From positions 44,088,013 through 44,152,012 of the forward strand of contig NC_083414.1 of the NCBI RefSeq assembly GCF_020745735.1: a DNA stretch of 64,000 nucleotides, in the 5' to 3' direction. This stretch comes from Hemiscyllium ocellatum. Taxonomy: Eukaryota. Positions 26,198-38,334 of the stretch are shown piece after piece. The notes beneath the pieces are model-generated. The model was not told where the DNA came from, made no database searches, and saw only the letters and a program-made list of their open reading frames with translations. The position numbers and the translations under genes are program-made. Within the stretch, counting starts at the first letter, position 1; every line of letters starts with the position of its first letter.

Positions 26198-27913
26198 AAA
26201 AGAGAAAATGCTGGAAAATCTCAGCAGGTCTGGCAGCATCTGTAAGGAGAGAAAAGAATTGATGTTTCAAGTTTAACTGAACCTTTGTCAAAGCTGGTTT
26301 TTATTTCCAGGTCAGGACGAGAGCATGAAGCCGCACCGAAATAGTCATCGATGTACCGATAAAGCAGTTGTGGGAGGGGACCCGGGTAGGCCTGGAACAA
26401 GAAATGTTCCACATACCCCATGAAAAAGCAGGCATAGTTTGGACCCTTGTGGGTACCCATTGCTGCACCTTTGATTTGGAGAAAATGGGATGGGTTGAAG
26501 GAGAAGTTCTTGAGAGAGAGAGAACAAGTTCAGCCAGGCAGAGGAGAGTGGTGGTGGATGGAGATTGGTCAGGCCTCTTTTCGAGAAAGAAGTGAAGAGC
26601 TTTCAAGCCGTCTTGGTGTGGGATGAAGATGTAAAGAGATTGCACATCCATGGTGAATAGAAGGTGGTTTGGTCCTGCGAATTGAAAGCTGTCAATCTGT
26701 CGCAGGGCATCAGAAGAATTCTGGATGTAGGAGGGGCAGGAGTGAATCAGAGGAGTGAGGATGGAGTCAAGGTAGGAGGAAATATGTTCAGTGGGGCAGG
26801 ATGCTGACACATTGGGCCTGCCAGGCTAGTCCTTCTTGTGGATTTTGGGGAGTAGATAGAAACGGGCTGTCCGGGATTAGGATGGAAGCTGTGGGGGGGA
26901 AGCATCTGGAGGAAATGAGGTCAGTCACGGTGTTGGAGACAATGGCTTAATGCTCAGTGGTGTAGTCATGCTCCAGGGGGAGGTAGGAGGAGGAATCTGA
27001 GAGTTGGCGCTCAGCCTTTGCGAGGTAGAGGCCAGTATGCCAGACGACAACAGCATCCCCTTTGTCAGAAGGTGACGGAAGAAGAGCTCAGCATCATGTC
27101 GAGCCCGGAGTTCATTGAGGTGGGGACCGTAAGGGTACAAAGCTGAGTCCTTTGCTGAGAACAGCATGCTCATCCTCATAGAGGGAAGATCAGAGGGTAT
27201 GGTGAACACACAGCAAGGGCTGGGCTGGAAGAGGTGGGGTTTGTGGGATTGGGACTGTTGGAAGGTAGAGGGTGGGCAGGGGTGTGGATGAGAAGTTGAA
27301 GCTTGTGTTCCTTAATATCTGTAAGAAACAGGAAAAGTTTGGAGTTAAGGCGTCGAATAATACGAAGGATGAAATGAAACTGTGGACCAGGACAGCTTTG
27401 AGAGAGAGTAAGTCGGTGCTGCTGGAGAAAGGTGTCGAGTGCTTTCATGTGGCAGCACATGGCCCCGAGTGTGGCTTTTAGGATGCGGCGAGAACAGCAG
27501 TTGGAAAAATGTTGTATATAGTACCTGTAATCCTGGAGGCTGAATGTAGGGTGGAATTTGAGTTGAAATCCACGTGGAGTAAGTCAGAGGCGAAGACAGT
27601 CACTGAGGAAGGAAATATGGCTGTAGAAGCGAGTCTTAGTAAATACCTTGTCTAATACTGAGAGAGAAAGGGAAAGCAGTGGGAGAGAGACAAACGAAAA
27701 TCCTGTCGGAGAGAAGAGCAGTACTTCTTCAGCGTAGGCATTTCTGGAAGAGAAGTGGCAGTGGGTTAAACGCTAGATAAAAGCAAATTACTGCGGATGC
27801 TGGAGTCTGAAACCAGAAGAGAAAATGCTGGAAAATCTCAGCAGGTCTTGCAGCATCTGTAAGGAGAGAAAAGAGCTGACGTTTCGAGTCTAACTGACCC
27901 TTTGTCAAAGCTC
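26198..27913 (-). mobile_element. Penelope-like element with two pLTRs, internally deleted (RT present, endonuclease absent)
   Basis: Direct pLTR copies at ~26198-26295 and ~27776-27913. ORF starts at ATG 27741 (MPTLKKYCSSLRQDFRLSLSH). RT motifs are FYLLPKIHK, PTEHISSYLD, LFTMDVQSLY, MGTHKGPNYACFFMG and YRYIDDYFG. Confidence 0.92.
27873..27913 (-). ncRNA. Minimal hammerhead ribozyme, U3-A8 core variant
   Basis: Minus strand reads GAGCU-UUGACAA-A-GGGUC(AGUUA)GACUC-GAAA-CG-UC^AGCUC, with 5-bp stem I and 5-bp stem II. Confidence 0.8.
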
Positions 27914-28046
27914 GACAGCTTGTACTTAGAGCAAAGAAGTTTAAGATGAAGTTTGATGAAAGTATTCAAATCATGATTGGAGTTTTGATAGAATAAACAG
28001 GATGAAAATGTTTTCAGTGGCAGAGGAGTTGGTCACTAGCTAACAT

Positions 28047-28137
28047 AGATTAGAATGGTGCTGGAAAAGCACAGCAGGTCAGGCAGCATCCGAGGAGCAG
28101 GAAAATTGACGGTTCAGGCAAAAGCCCTTCATCAGGA
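28047..28137 (-). mobile_element. PLE pLTR fragment with degenerate hammerhead
   Basis: CTGGAAAAGCACAGCAGGTCAGGCAGCATCCGAGGAGCAGG...AAAAGCCCTTCATCAGG; homologous to the other pLTRs. Confidence 0.88.
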
Positions 28138-30699
28138 CTCGGGGCTTTATGGGATTAACGTCTAAGGCAAACGTTGCATCTTTCAGGGCACAATACCAGA
28201 GCTCACGGAGAAAGAAAGATATCTGGGATGTGGACACTGCCCCACATGCATCCCACATTCATAATGTGCCAACTCCTAAGAATGCTCACGGCACATGGTA
28301 CAAAGTCCTTGAATGTTTCTAGATCAATAATGTGAAGTAATAGCTGAAGCAAAAAGACTACCAGAGTGCATTTTCAGTATGTCCACAAAGACAAAGCATG
28401 CTATTTAATCTTAGTGTATGACATTGATTAGGCCTTAATTAGAATGCCTTGTTCAGTTTTGAACTATTCATTCTGGATAATATCAAGATCTTACAAATGT
28501 GCAGAGGAAAGCCATAATGTTGACTCCCAGTCTAATCTGTTTTTGGCATGCAGATAGGATAATCAGCTGGGAATCTACAAGGTAGATGGACCCATGGGGA
28601 TAACAAACTGCAGCCTATTGTCAATTTTAGTAGGTATTTCAACAATTATCTTTTGGGGAAAGTAAAAGAAAAAATAATTTTTTCAAATGAAATATTTGAA
28701 GATGGTACAACTCATGAAATGCAATACCTTCCTGCCCAACCCCAACCTCTCCTCCATATAATGGTGGCCAGGTCAGCCACTAACCTACCTTTTGGCTAGC
28801 TGAGGCCCTTAAGAGGCCAATGAATGACATCAATCTTCCATTTCAATGCATGCAGCAGAGAAAGATGGAAGCAACGAAGCATGTTGACAACCAAGGTATT
28901 GTACAGTCTTATATAATGGAAGACAATGATTCTCATCTCTGCCAACTCTTAAACTTGACAAAATCTTCACTGCTATCTCCATCCTAGAATGTTGGTTATG
29001 CTCTGGGATATATTGTGTAGATTCACCACCATCAACGCTTGTTGTTATTAGTCTGGGCTACTGATACCATATGGGAGAGATGTCCACTTAATACTTTAGG
29101 CAGAACTTTAGGCTAAATCTTGATGAAAAATAAATAGGTGGATTACATGTTATGTAATAGCTACTTACGTTACATCTCTTGTAAGACATTAGCCTTAACT
29201 TAAGAGGAAGTTCACATTACAGCTGCTAGAACATCCTCACAGTGTCAGTAACAAGAGCACTTGAAACCGTCTTTTATATATAGATGGGAGGAGATGATCT
29301 TGTGATGCCAGTTCACCCTTTCAGGTGTTAAATGCCTTGTACAGCATGCCATCTGCCATCATTCACTTTACAATTATTGCTTGTAAACAGAAATGACAAA
29401 TGACATTTTAATGTATAAGGACTGAGTTAGAACAAAGCAGAGATAGTTAAACTTCAGATTGGAAGTAATAATTAATGGGAACGTTGGATTGCAGCTTGGA
29501 CTCTTTCTGAGGCTGCATACTTAAGGAATTTTTCATTCTGAAAGCGTCTTTTGAGAGTGATAATTTATCGTTATGAGTTCTCAGCTGCTAACACTGCAGG
29601 TGTGGGTGCCTGGGGAATTGCTTACAGCTGTGACAGCTGTTTTCACAGATTCACATTTTCCAGGCACGTTGGCAGCCTCATTGTACCAGACATTATTGTG
29701 TATCACATCACATCAGCAGAGTTTCCATCCACATGCTAATATCTCATGCTTACATTCCATTCCTTCTTTGGACCTTTTCCATTATGTTGTGTGCTTATTT
29801 TGATTGGTTCAGCAAGCTCTTAAAATATTATTTAACACGCAGGCTGATTTACTAAACTCAATCTTTTGCGTACAGGCTCTGTCTTTGCTGGCCCCCTTAG
29901 GGTCCTATCAGTAAATATTTCCGTTGATTCTTGTCAGTTGATAACATTTAATTTTTTTGATGAGAAACTGAAAAACATTTTGTTAATAGAAGTCTGATCA
30001 TTCTATTAACTAATTAATTTTTAGTAAATAAGTGTTTAGAAACATGCAAACTATTTACAAGTATTTATGAATGCAGGAATAATAAAACAATATAATTGCA
30101 TTATTCATGACAAGGTTATGTGTCAAATGTCTAGAATGCTAAGCTTGATTTAATAGTCTGGTGTTCACCACTGTTCTGTGAACAACACATTGTTCAGTTC
30201 TCATTGATTATTTTGTTTGTAAAAGGGGCTACCCGACTGGTCAAAATAGTAATAATATACACATAAGTATGACATGTTAATCCACTTGACTGTAGGATTG
30301 TTGTATAGCTCCAGTCATGCAAGTAAATAGATTCAGTGGATATTATCCTTGTTGCAACTGGCAGACAAACAATACATCGATAAAGTCATAAACCATAACC
30401 AGCCTAGCCAGGTCATCTGTGAGTCACTAATGTAAAGGTTACTCCCCATTTTGCTGGATTATAAACAACAACTACATTATATTGCACCAATATGATGGGT
30501 TGAAATCAATATCTCTTTGGCTGAACCACCTACCTCAGCTCAATGACATCCCCCACAATCAATTTTAGTCACAGATTGGAGAGAGGGAAGATTGCACTAT
30601 AATTCCACAAAGGAACCATCTCTCTCCCACAGAATACATCACCACATTTCGTCTGCCTGCACAAGCACTAAAAGGCTTGCCATCCACTTTCACCTTACT

Positions 30700-31870
30700 T
30701 AATCTCTCCTTTCCCTCCTTCCAGGAGAAGGCAGCCCACAATTGGGCTCAGAGAAACAGGAGAGGTGGAGTAATGCACAGTATTAAACACCTCATCTCCT
30801 ATGAAGAGAGAATCCTGGCCTTTGCAGGACCAAACTGGGGATGCCAATACCACCATATCCTGCTAGTTGAATAAGTCCCACACTTGATGCTGCAGCAACT
30901 CTGACTGTAACCCTGCTGTCAGTGTCAGTCGCTGCAAACCACTTATAACCAATGGCCATGCTGCTTTTTCTTTCCTTGTTTTGCAGGTACTACCACCACT
31001 GCCGAGAAACAGCCAGCTCAGCCAGAAGGCACCACCTCATCCTCTAAAGATGAGAGTACCAAAGCCTCTAAGGAAACATTGACAAATCTGCTTCCTGCAC
31101 CTCCCATCAGTTCACTACCTGACAGGAATGATAGATTTTAAAAAGTATGGGGCCATAATCTGGTGGCCACCTCACTGTGACAACTCTTCAGTTGGCTAGG
31201 GAAGATACAGCTTGGACCCTGGCATTGGAGGTCTGCCAGAGACAACTCCTGCTCAGCTCCAGACAGGAGAGAGACCTCAAATGTCGGTGAACAGGGACTT
31301 CATCTACATGTACAAGGAGGGACAGGAGTGGCAAAAAGGGATGGCCCTCATTGCCTAGAATTTGCAGCAGTTCAAGTTCAAGCACACTATGGGGATGCAG
31401 TTGCCCCAAGCATATGACCTAGCTTCTGGCTGCCATGAAGCACCAAGTTCAGCAATCTCAGGGATTTCTAGAGAAGTGTATACATCCATATTCCATTGCC
31501 ACAGTCACTGGTCCTTAGGACTGAAGGCATGGCAGCGGGGTGCCAGGAAACTGATATGCAATCTAAGTGCCTCCTCTTCATAAGGAAACAGGGCAGTGCC
31601 ATCTGGTGCACAGCTGGAAGAGGAACCACACACAAGGGCCTCTCAGAAATCTCCTCTCAGGGAACTCCAAAGGTGACCAGGCCCATCACTTCCACCCTGC
31701 CTGAACCCTTCCGGACCTTGGAAGTTGAAGCCGAGGAGAGTCTGCATGTCTGGCAAGAAGACCCTCAGCGTATTTCACCTGTCCACCACTGGGAATGTTC
31801 AATCAAACCTCTAGCTCTAACTAGCTTCATTGCCAAGAAGCCCCCAGTATCCAGGCTTTGAATGTAAGAC
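30700..31870 (+). mobile_element. Harbinger-like Myb/SANT gene remnant (downstream exons)
   Basis: Polypyrimidine tract + CAG at 30724, then EKAAHNWAQRNRRGGVMHSIKHLISYEERILAFAG, matching the 'K.AHN.RER..TGGG...LT..EER' stretch that follows Harbinger Myb/SANT domains. A second acceptor is TTTTGCAG at ~30987. Confidence 0.5.
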
Positions 31871-32746
31871 TACACTGAAACATTCTAGGAATATGTGAAA
31901 GAAGAAAACCTATTGATGGCACTTTGCTGACAATACGCTTTATACAAAGTCTCTGATTCTAATACATTTCATTGTTTTGGCAGTTCATCCATTTGTTTAA
32001 CACTGTGTCACCCCATATGTAACAGTGCCAGTCTGAAACATAACTTCATGGGATGTCCACACACAATTGACGTGTGCACTCAGAGCTTGCTGCAGCATGT
32101 GGAAGCAAGAGGAACAAGGCGTAAACAGGGCAATGCATCCGGCTAACACCATTACCCCTCATTCTAAAACATTTCAATTCTTCCCATGGTTCCTGCATCC
32201 AAAAGTGTTGATGTGAATCAGATAGTCAGTGATATCTGGGACAGGAGGATGTGTAGTATACAGAAAGCCAATGTATTATGAAGGTCAGGGATTTGGGACC
32301 CCACAGGTGTGTATCCTTTACACTACATGGGTCTCTGAGTGATGTCGTTCTCCTTTAAAGGCCATTACGTCAATAGGGCTTGCAGCCCCTTCTCTCAAAG
32401 GTCCAGACATTACCCTGTGCACTCCAGATGTAGGCATAGCCACAGCCACATTCTTTCCCATTATGTGTACTTTAACTTGTCACTGAATCCCTGAACATCC
32501 AGATTCCCTTCCTAATAATGCTTCCCATAAGGCCCATAGGTCTCTAACCTCCCAAGTCCTCACCAAACCAGCCTATATGAGCCTGTACCTTTCCAACCAC
32601 AGTCCTTGGTATATGAAGTGGCCATGCTAGGTTTGGTCTCAGCCTGTCCCCCCACTTGAAGCATGCCAGGTTTCCTCTAATTGTGGATAACCGCACCCTC
32701 CCTCATGCACCCCCTCCCTTCCCTATCCATGATTTACTGTATCCCA

Positions 32747-34348
32747 AGGAGAAAGTGAGGACTGCAGATGCTGGAGATCAGAGTCGAGAGTGTGATGCTA
32801 GGTAAGCACAGCAGGTCAGCAGCGTTTGAGGAGCAGGAAAATTGATGCTTCGGGCATAAGCTCTTCATTAGGAATGAGGCTTGTAGTCTAGGGGGCTGAG
32901 AGATAAATGGGAGGGGGGTGGGATTTGGGGGAATGTAGCTGGGAATGTGTTAGGTAGATTATGAATGGAGGAGAAGGTGATGGGTCAGAGAGGGGGGTGG
33001 AGCGGTTAAATGGGAAAGACGATGGACAGGTAAAGAGGGTGGTGCTGAGTTGGAGGCTTGGGACTGGGATAAGGTGTGGGGAGGGGAATTGAGGAAACTG
33101 GTGAAATTCACATTAATCCTGAGTGATTGCAGGATCCCAAGGTGGAAGATGAGGCATTCTTCCTCCAAGCACCCATTAGTCAGGGTTTGGCAATGGAAGA
33201 TGCCCAGGATCTGCATGCCCTTGGTGGAGTGGGAGGGGGAGTTGAAGTGTTCAGCCATGGAGCAATGGGGTTGGTTGATGCAGGTGTTCGAGAGATGTTC
33301 TCTGAAATGATCCGCAAGTTGATGTCCTGTCTCCCCGATGTAGAGGAGACCACATCGGGTGCAACAGATACAGTAGATGACATTTGTGGATGTACAGGTG
33401 AATTTCTGTCAGATGTGAAAAAATCCTTTGGGTCCTTGGATGGAGGTGAGAAGGGAGGTGTGGGAATAGGTTTTGCACTTCCTGCAGTGGCAGGGGCAGG
33501 TGCGGGGAGTGAAGTGAGGGCTGGTGGGGGAGCATGGATCTAACAAGAGAGTTGCAGAGGTAATGGTCTCTCTGAAACGCTGATAGGGATGGGGAGGGAA
33601 ATATATCTCTAGTGGTATGGTCTGTTTGTAGATGGCAGAAGTGACAGAGGATGATGTGATGTATTTGGAGTATAGTGGGGTGGAAGGTGAGGAACGGGGG
33701 AGTTCTGTGTTTGTTGCATTGGGAGGGGTGGGGTTCAAGGGCGGAGGTGTGGGAAGTGGAGAGATACACTGGAGGGTATCGTCGACTAGAGTCATAGAGA
33801 TGTACAGCATGGAAACAGACCCCTTCGGTCCAACCTGTCTATGCCAACCAGATATCCCAACCCAATCTAGTCCCATCTGCCAGCACCCAGCCCATATCCC
33901 TCCCAACCCTTCCTATTCATATACCCATCCAAATGTCTCTTAAATGTTGTAATTGTGAGAGGGCAAATCTTGGTATTTGAAGAAAGAGGCCATCTGGGAT
34001 ATCCTATGGTGGAATAGATGCAGCAGAGGCAGAATAATTGGGAATAAGGGATGGTGTTTTTACAGGAGGCAGGGTGTGAGGAGGGGTAGTCCAGGTAGCT
34101 GTGGGAGTCCTTGGATTTGTAGTAGATGTTTGTGGTTAGTCAGTCGCCAGAGATGGAGATGGAAAGGTACAGGAAGGGAGGAAGGTGTCCAAAATGGTCC
34201 AGGTGAATTTCAGGTCAGGGTGAAAGGTGTTAGTGAAGTGGATGAACTGTTCAACCTCCTCGTGGGAGCACGAGGTAGCACTGTTACAGATATCAATGAA
34301 GTGGACGAAAAAGTGGAGGATGCCACAGGTGTGGCTACAGAAGATGGA
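32747..34348 (-). mobile_element. 5'-truncated Penelope-like element (RT C-terminus, GIY-YIG, pLTR)
   Basis: FIDICNSATSCSHEEVEQFIHFTNTFHPDLKFTW (RT); PCHCRKCKTY...QGPKGFFHI; AEHFNSPSHS...EECLIFHLGILQ (GIY-YIG); pLTR at 32747-32878. Confidence 0.92.
33787..33956 (-). mobile_element. CR1 3' tail nested in the PLE
   Basis: TAGAGTCATAGAGATGTACAGCATGGAAACAGACCCTTCGGTCCAAC..., homologous to 19510-19665. Confidence 0.9.
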
Positions 34349-34837
34349 CTGTTCTTGCTGTCCCTCTTCACAATAATCACTTTCCCCTCCTCTAACCTGA
34401 AACCCAAATCCTAAAGAATAGAATTCCAAGTCTCCTTCAAGCAACAGTGGCCTCTTGTGCCTCCCAATCACATTTACTCTCAGTTGCTGTGGATTGCCCC
34501 AATGGGCTGACTATGGTCCACCATTTTGAGTGATCTAACCAGACAGTCCCTGAAGTTTCCAGATCCCTGACTGATCTCTGCACATCTCCCTGACTACTTT
34601 AGCCCTCTCCTCAGACTATTTGATATGGACCACAGGACTGACTGCGACCCACACTGCATACTGCAGAAGCATGGACCACCAATCGAAAACACCCCAACCA
34701 AATGACTGACTTTGTCTGGTATCGGAGGCTGCCCTTGATTTACTGTGTTGGGGCCCTCTGATGTTCAGTGGCCACCCTGGACTTTGATAATGATTCTTCC
34801 CTTTCGACTTTGAGTCATTGTTACTTGTTTGCTGCAT

Positions 34838-34962
34838 GAGAAAGTGAAGACTTCAGATGCCGAAGATCCAAGTCGAATGTGTAGTCATAGAAACGCACAG
34901 CAGGTCAGGCAGCATCCAAGGAGCAGGAGAATCGATGTTTCGGGCATAAGCCCTTCACCAGG
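34838..34962 (-). mobile_element. PLE pLTR fragment
   Basis: GAGAAAGTGAAGACTTCAGATGC...GAATCGATGTTTCGGGCATAAGCCCTTCACCAGG. Confidence 0.88.
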
Positions 34963-35411
34963 AGTATAAATACTGCATAAGCTACTGGCACTTGGTGCAG
35001 GTCAGATTGATCTAGCACATTTTTATTGAACAAAATGTCCACTATCTTGCCTGAGGACTTCTCACCTGCTAGGAAACTGCCCGGTTGTGTGTCTGCAGGT
35101 GCAAATTGAGCAATCACTAAGGCAGCAAGCGAGAAGCCTTGAGATGCAGCTTGGTCCAACCTGGGTGTTGTTCTGGCATGCAAACAGTCCTTTGCGAAAT
35201 GTCTGTGCTTCCCAAACAACCTGCAAATGGTTCAGAGTGGCATCATGATGGTTGTGATATGTTGGCAAACATCAGATGCCAATCTCATTAGATGAGGGAT
35301 ATATACAGTTGATACCCATAGATTGAGACGCTTGATGCTGATCAAATGGAGGTGTATTACAGGCAGCAATGAGCTGAAAAAGCCATGGACACACTTTGAG
35401 CTCCATGTCAA

Positions 35412-35950
35412 GAACGTTTCAGAGAACACCTCTGGGACACCCAGACCAACCAACCCAACCATCCCGTGGCTCAACACTTCAACTTCCCCCCCATCCCCCC
35501 ACCACTCCACCAAGGACATGAAGGTTCTTGGACTCCACCATCGCCAGACCATAGCAACACGACGGCTGAAGGAAGACCGTCTCATCTTCCGCCTAGGAAC
35601 CCTCCAACCACAAGGGATGAACTCAGATTTCTCCAGTTTTCTCATTTCCCCTCCTTCCACCTTGTCTCAGTCCCAACCCTCGAACTCAGCACCACCTTCC
35701 TAACCTGCAATCTTCTTCCTGACCTCTCCGCTCCCCACCCCCACTCCGGCCTATCACCTTCACCTTAACCTCTTTCCACCTATCGCATTTCCAATGCCCC
35801 TCCCCAAGTCCCTCCTCTCTACCTTTTATCTTAGCCTGCTTGGCACACTCTCCTCATTCCTGAAGAAGGACTCATGCCCGAAACATCGATTCTCCTGCTC
35901 GTTGGATGCTGCCTGACCTGGTGTGCTTTTCCAGCAACACATTTTCAGCT
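35412..35950 (+). mobile_element. PLE 3' end (GIY-YIG C-terminus + pLTR with hammerhead)
   Basis: DMKVLGLHHRQTIATRRLKEDRLIFRLGTLQPQGMNSDFSSF; hammerhead-like ATTC-CTGAAGA-AGGACTCATGCCC-GAAACATC-GATT at 35856-35891; close homologue of 10360-10890. Confidence 0.93.
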
Positions 35951-37844
35951 ATTATATATTTTAATCTACCTATTACATTTGAAATTACATTTTTTGATCT
36001 CTATACTGGTGATAGAAAGGATTTAGAAAAAAATACTTCTGCTCTTTAATTGGGTGCGTTTTTTTTTCAATGTAATAATCGTGATTTTTCCCTTGCTGTT
36101 AAAGCTTGTTGATTTCTTTAGCAAGTTGCCAGGAGGTCATGATTAATAGTTTTGACACATGATTGTGTCTAATTTGTAGCCGCTTTACTCTAATTTGTTG
36201 GTATTTTACGAATATGTAATTTCTGGCAGTTGGTTCCAAGAAATTTGCAAAGTTAAAATAATAACATTTCATGGCAACACAAGAAATTTGATGTGATGGA
36301 AGAAAACAGTTCTATGCATACTCTGTGTTGTAAAACACTTCTATGTATATTATACTGCTCAGTTATTGTGTTAGTAATTTGGGAAAACAATAGTTAATGT
36401 CCACTCTGTATTTGATATGTATGAGAAGTGTCTAGTACTTCAAAATTAAAACATTTGAAACAGCTCTGAATGGCAGAATCATATTAACTGTAAAATTAAG
36501 TTTTACATTATAGTACAATCAGGCCTATCTTCAATCCATGTGACAGTCCTACAGAGGGCCCTACTGAGTGTAGATGTTCATTGACAGTCCCTGCTAGAGA
36601 CCAGGATGGACTTAATAATTCCTGGTGTAAAATGCAAAATACTTCATTCTCCATTACTAATCCTCTTCACTGAAGTGGTGCACAGAAAAATAATCCTTCA
36701 GCAAGTGATTTAGTTAACATGTTAGCTGGTGATAAAGTTAAAATCCATTGCCAGTGTTTTGCAGCTTGTTCAGTTCACCTTCATTTATTAAGCTACAGAA
36801 CTGATCATCCATAATATCATAACTTTGAAATGATCTTCTCAAACATGCACTTAATCTATACATTACATTAATTATGTTGGTTCTGTTTGACCAGAATATA
36901 ATTTGAAACTGAAAATGTCAGATGTGGACATATTCATTGTGACACAAATAATATGTCAATCCATACAAAAATTAACATTCAAAATGAAATACCAAATCTG
37001 CACTTACTCAACCAGTCAGAGACAGTTTGACAGTCCTTTCTGGTTACAACGCAATTCTTTAAAAGGAACATCTGATTTTACAGTTCGAAATGTCAAATGC
37101 TGACTTAAACAATTTCCTCTCAGTATGATGGCAAATGTCCTAAAATTGATAAATTATTTGCAATGAAAGTCCTAAACACAGTTTCTATGAATTCTTCACA
37201 CAAAATACATTTTTTTGGGTTGGTGACATTTTTTATCATTCTTAAAATAAAGGTCAAAAATAAAAATCTGTCAATTATCAGCATCTGCAGCTCTATATAA
37301 TGGTTTGAAGGTTTAGCATCTTAGACATCTGGAGTAAGAGTTGCTGAATTTCATAAGGATGTATACTTACGAGCAGTATGTTGATTTTCTCATTTGCCAT
37401 ATTGCCATGCACTACGAGTCTCATTAGACCTTTGGTTTTCATGTTAATACATGCTGATTGATTCAACAGATATGCTCCAAGTTGTGTGAGGTTGTCCTGT
37501 CTCCAAATTTAATTCACCATGTAAAGGTGATAGATAAACTTTTGATAGCCTGCTTCTTCTGATAGCTCACTTATTATAGTTATCTTGTACTTTTGAATTT
37601 TGGTTGTAAACATTGTTTTTATTTACCTACTTAGAACATTGTATCTGCGTTTTACTTATACAGTACTCATTCTGTCTTGACAGTCATGTCAAAGTAAACA
37701 AGCATCATGCCTTTACTTTGTAAGGGTCGCTGTCGCACAACCTTTCCATTTCCTTGAGTGCAAGCTCAGACTTAGAATCCCTTCTTCAGGGTCAGAAAAT
37801 TGTCAGGCCAAGTCTCATGGCAGGAGAAGAGCAGATAATTTAGA

Positions 37845-37945
37845 CTTGTCTGCCTTTTCAGAGGGAGGCAAAATGTTCCATGGCAAAACTCAAAAAAGAA
37901 CAGTAGAGGTGTCCCTGTATCATGGTCAATATATACCTTCCAGAT
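37845..37945 (+). mobile_element. Deu-domain SINE remnant (SacSINE1/AmnSINE1-like)
   Basis: GTCTGCCTTTTCAGAGGGAGGCAAAATGTTCCATGGCA...AAGAACAG...GGTCAATATATACCTTC resembles the DeuSINE central domain as I recall it. Confidence 0.55.
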
Positions 37946-37964
37946 GATCTCACTCAAATACATT

Positions 37965-38330
37965 TAAAAAAAGGGAAAATGCTGGTGTTCTGGCCACATC
38001 CATGGAGAGATAAAAAAGGAAGTTTAAAGTCTCTTCTTTGGGGATGAAGCAGTCTGGAAAATTCTTTATTTTATGATGTTTTCAAAGAAAGAAAAGGAGA
38101 GGGTGGAACAAATGGTGCTCGTGCCCAGAGCAAAAGGGAGTGCTAATTTAATGGTAAAAATGACATTGAGATGTCAAATTATTAAAACCATTAATGGTGG
38201 ACTTAAAATGGAGAAAATTAAGCAGCTCTCTCTCACAAAATATGGGGTGCAGGGTTTAGTTATTAAAATGGAGGACAGTGTTCATACTCTGAAATTGTTA
38301 AAAACAATATTGATTCCTGAAGGCTGTAAA
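37965..38330 (-). mobile_element. Old PLE 3' end
   Basis: Minus strand encodes LQPSGINIVFNNFRV* (the end of a PLE GIY-YIG ORF); decayed pLTR (AAAATGCTGG...CATCCATGGAGAGA) at the left. Confidence 0.6.
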
Positions 38331-38334
38331 CATT

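Noticed and set aside
32280-34830. Possible decayed Gypsy gag/protease on the minus strand flanking the PLE (CFKWG.., VKVHIMGKNVAVAM)
   Set aside because: Motifs too degenerate: no intact CCHC knuckle or D(S/T)G; needs a TBLASTN/HMM search.
34838-35950. Opposed pLTRs as one element capturing ~450 bp of host DNA
   Set aside because: No shared flanking TSD; the left piece has its own short duplication (CTGCAT), so two insertions is simpler.
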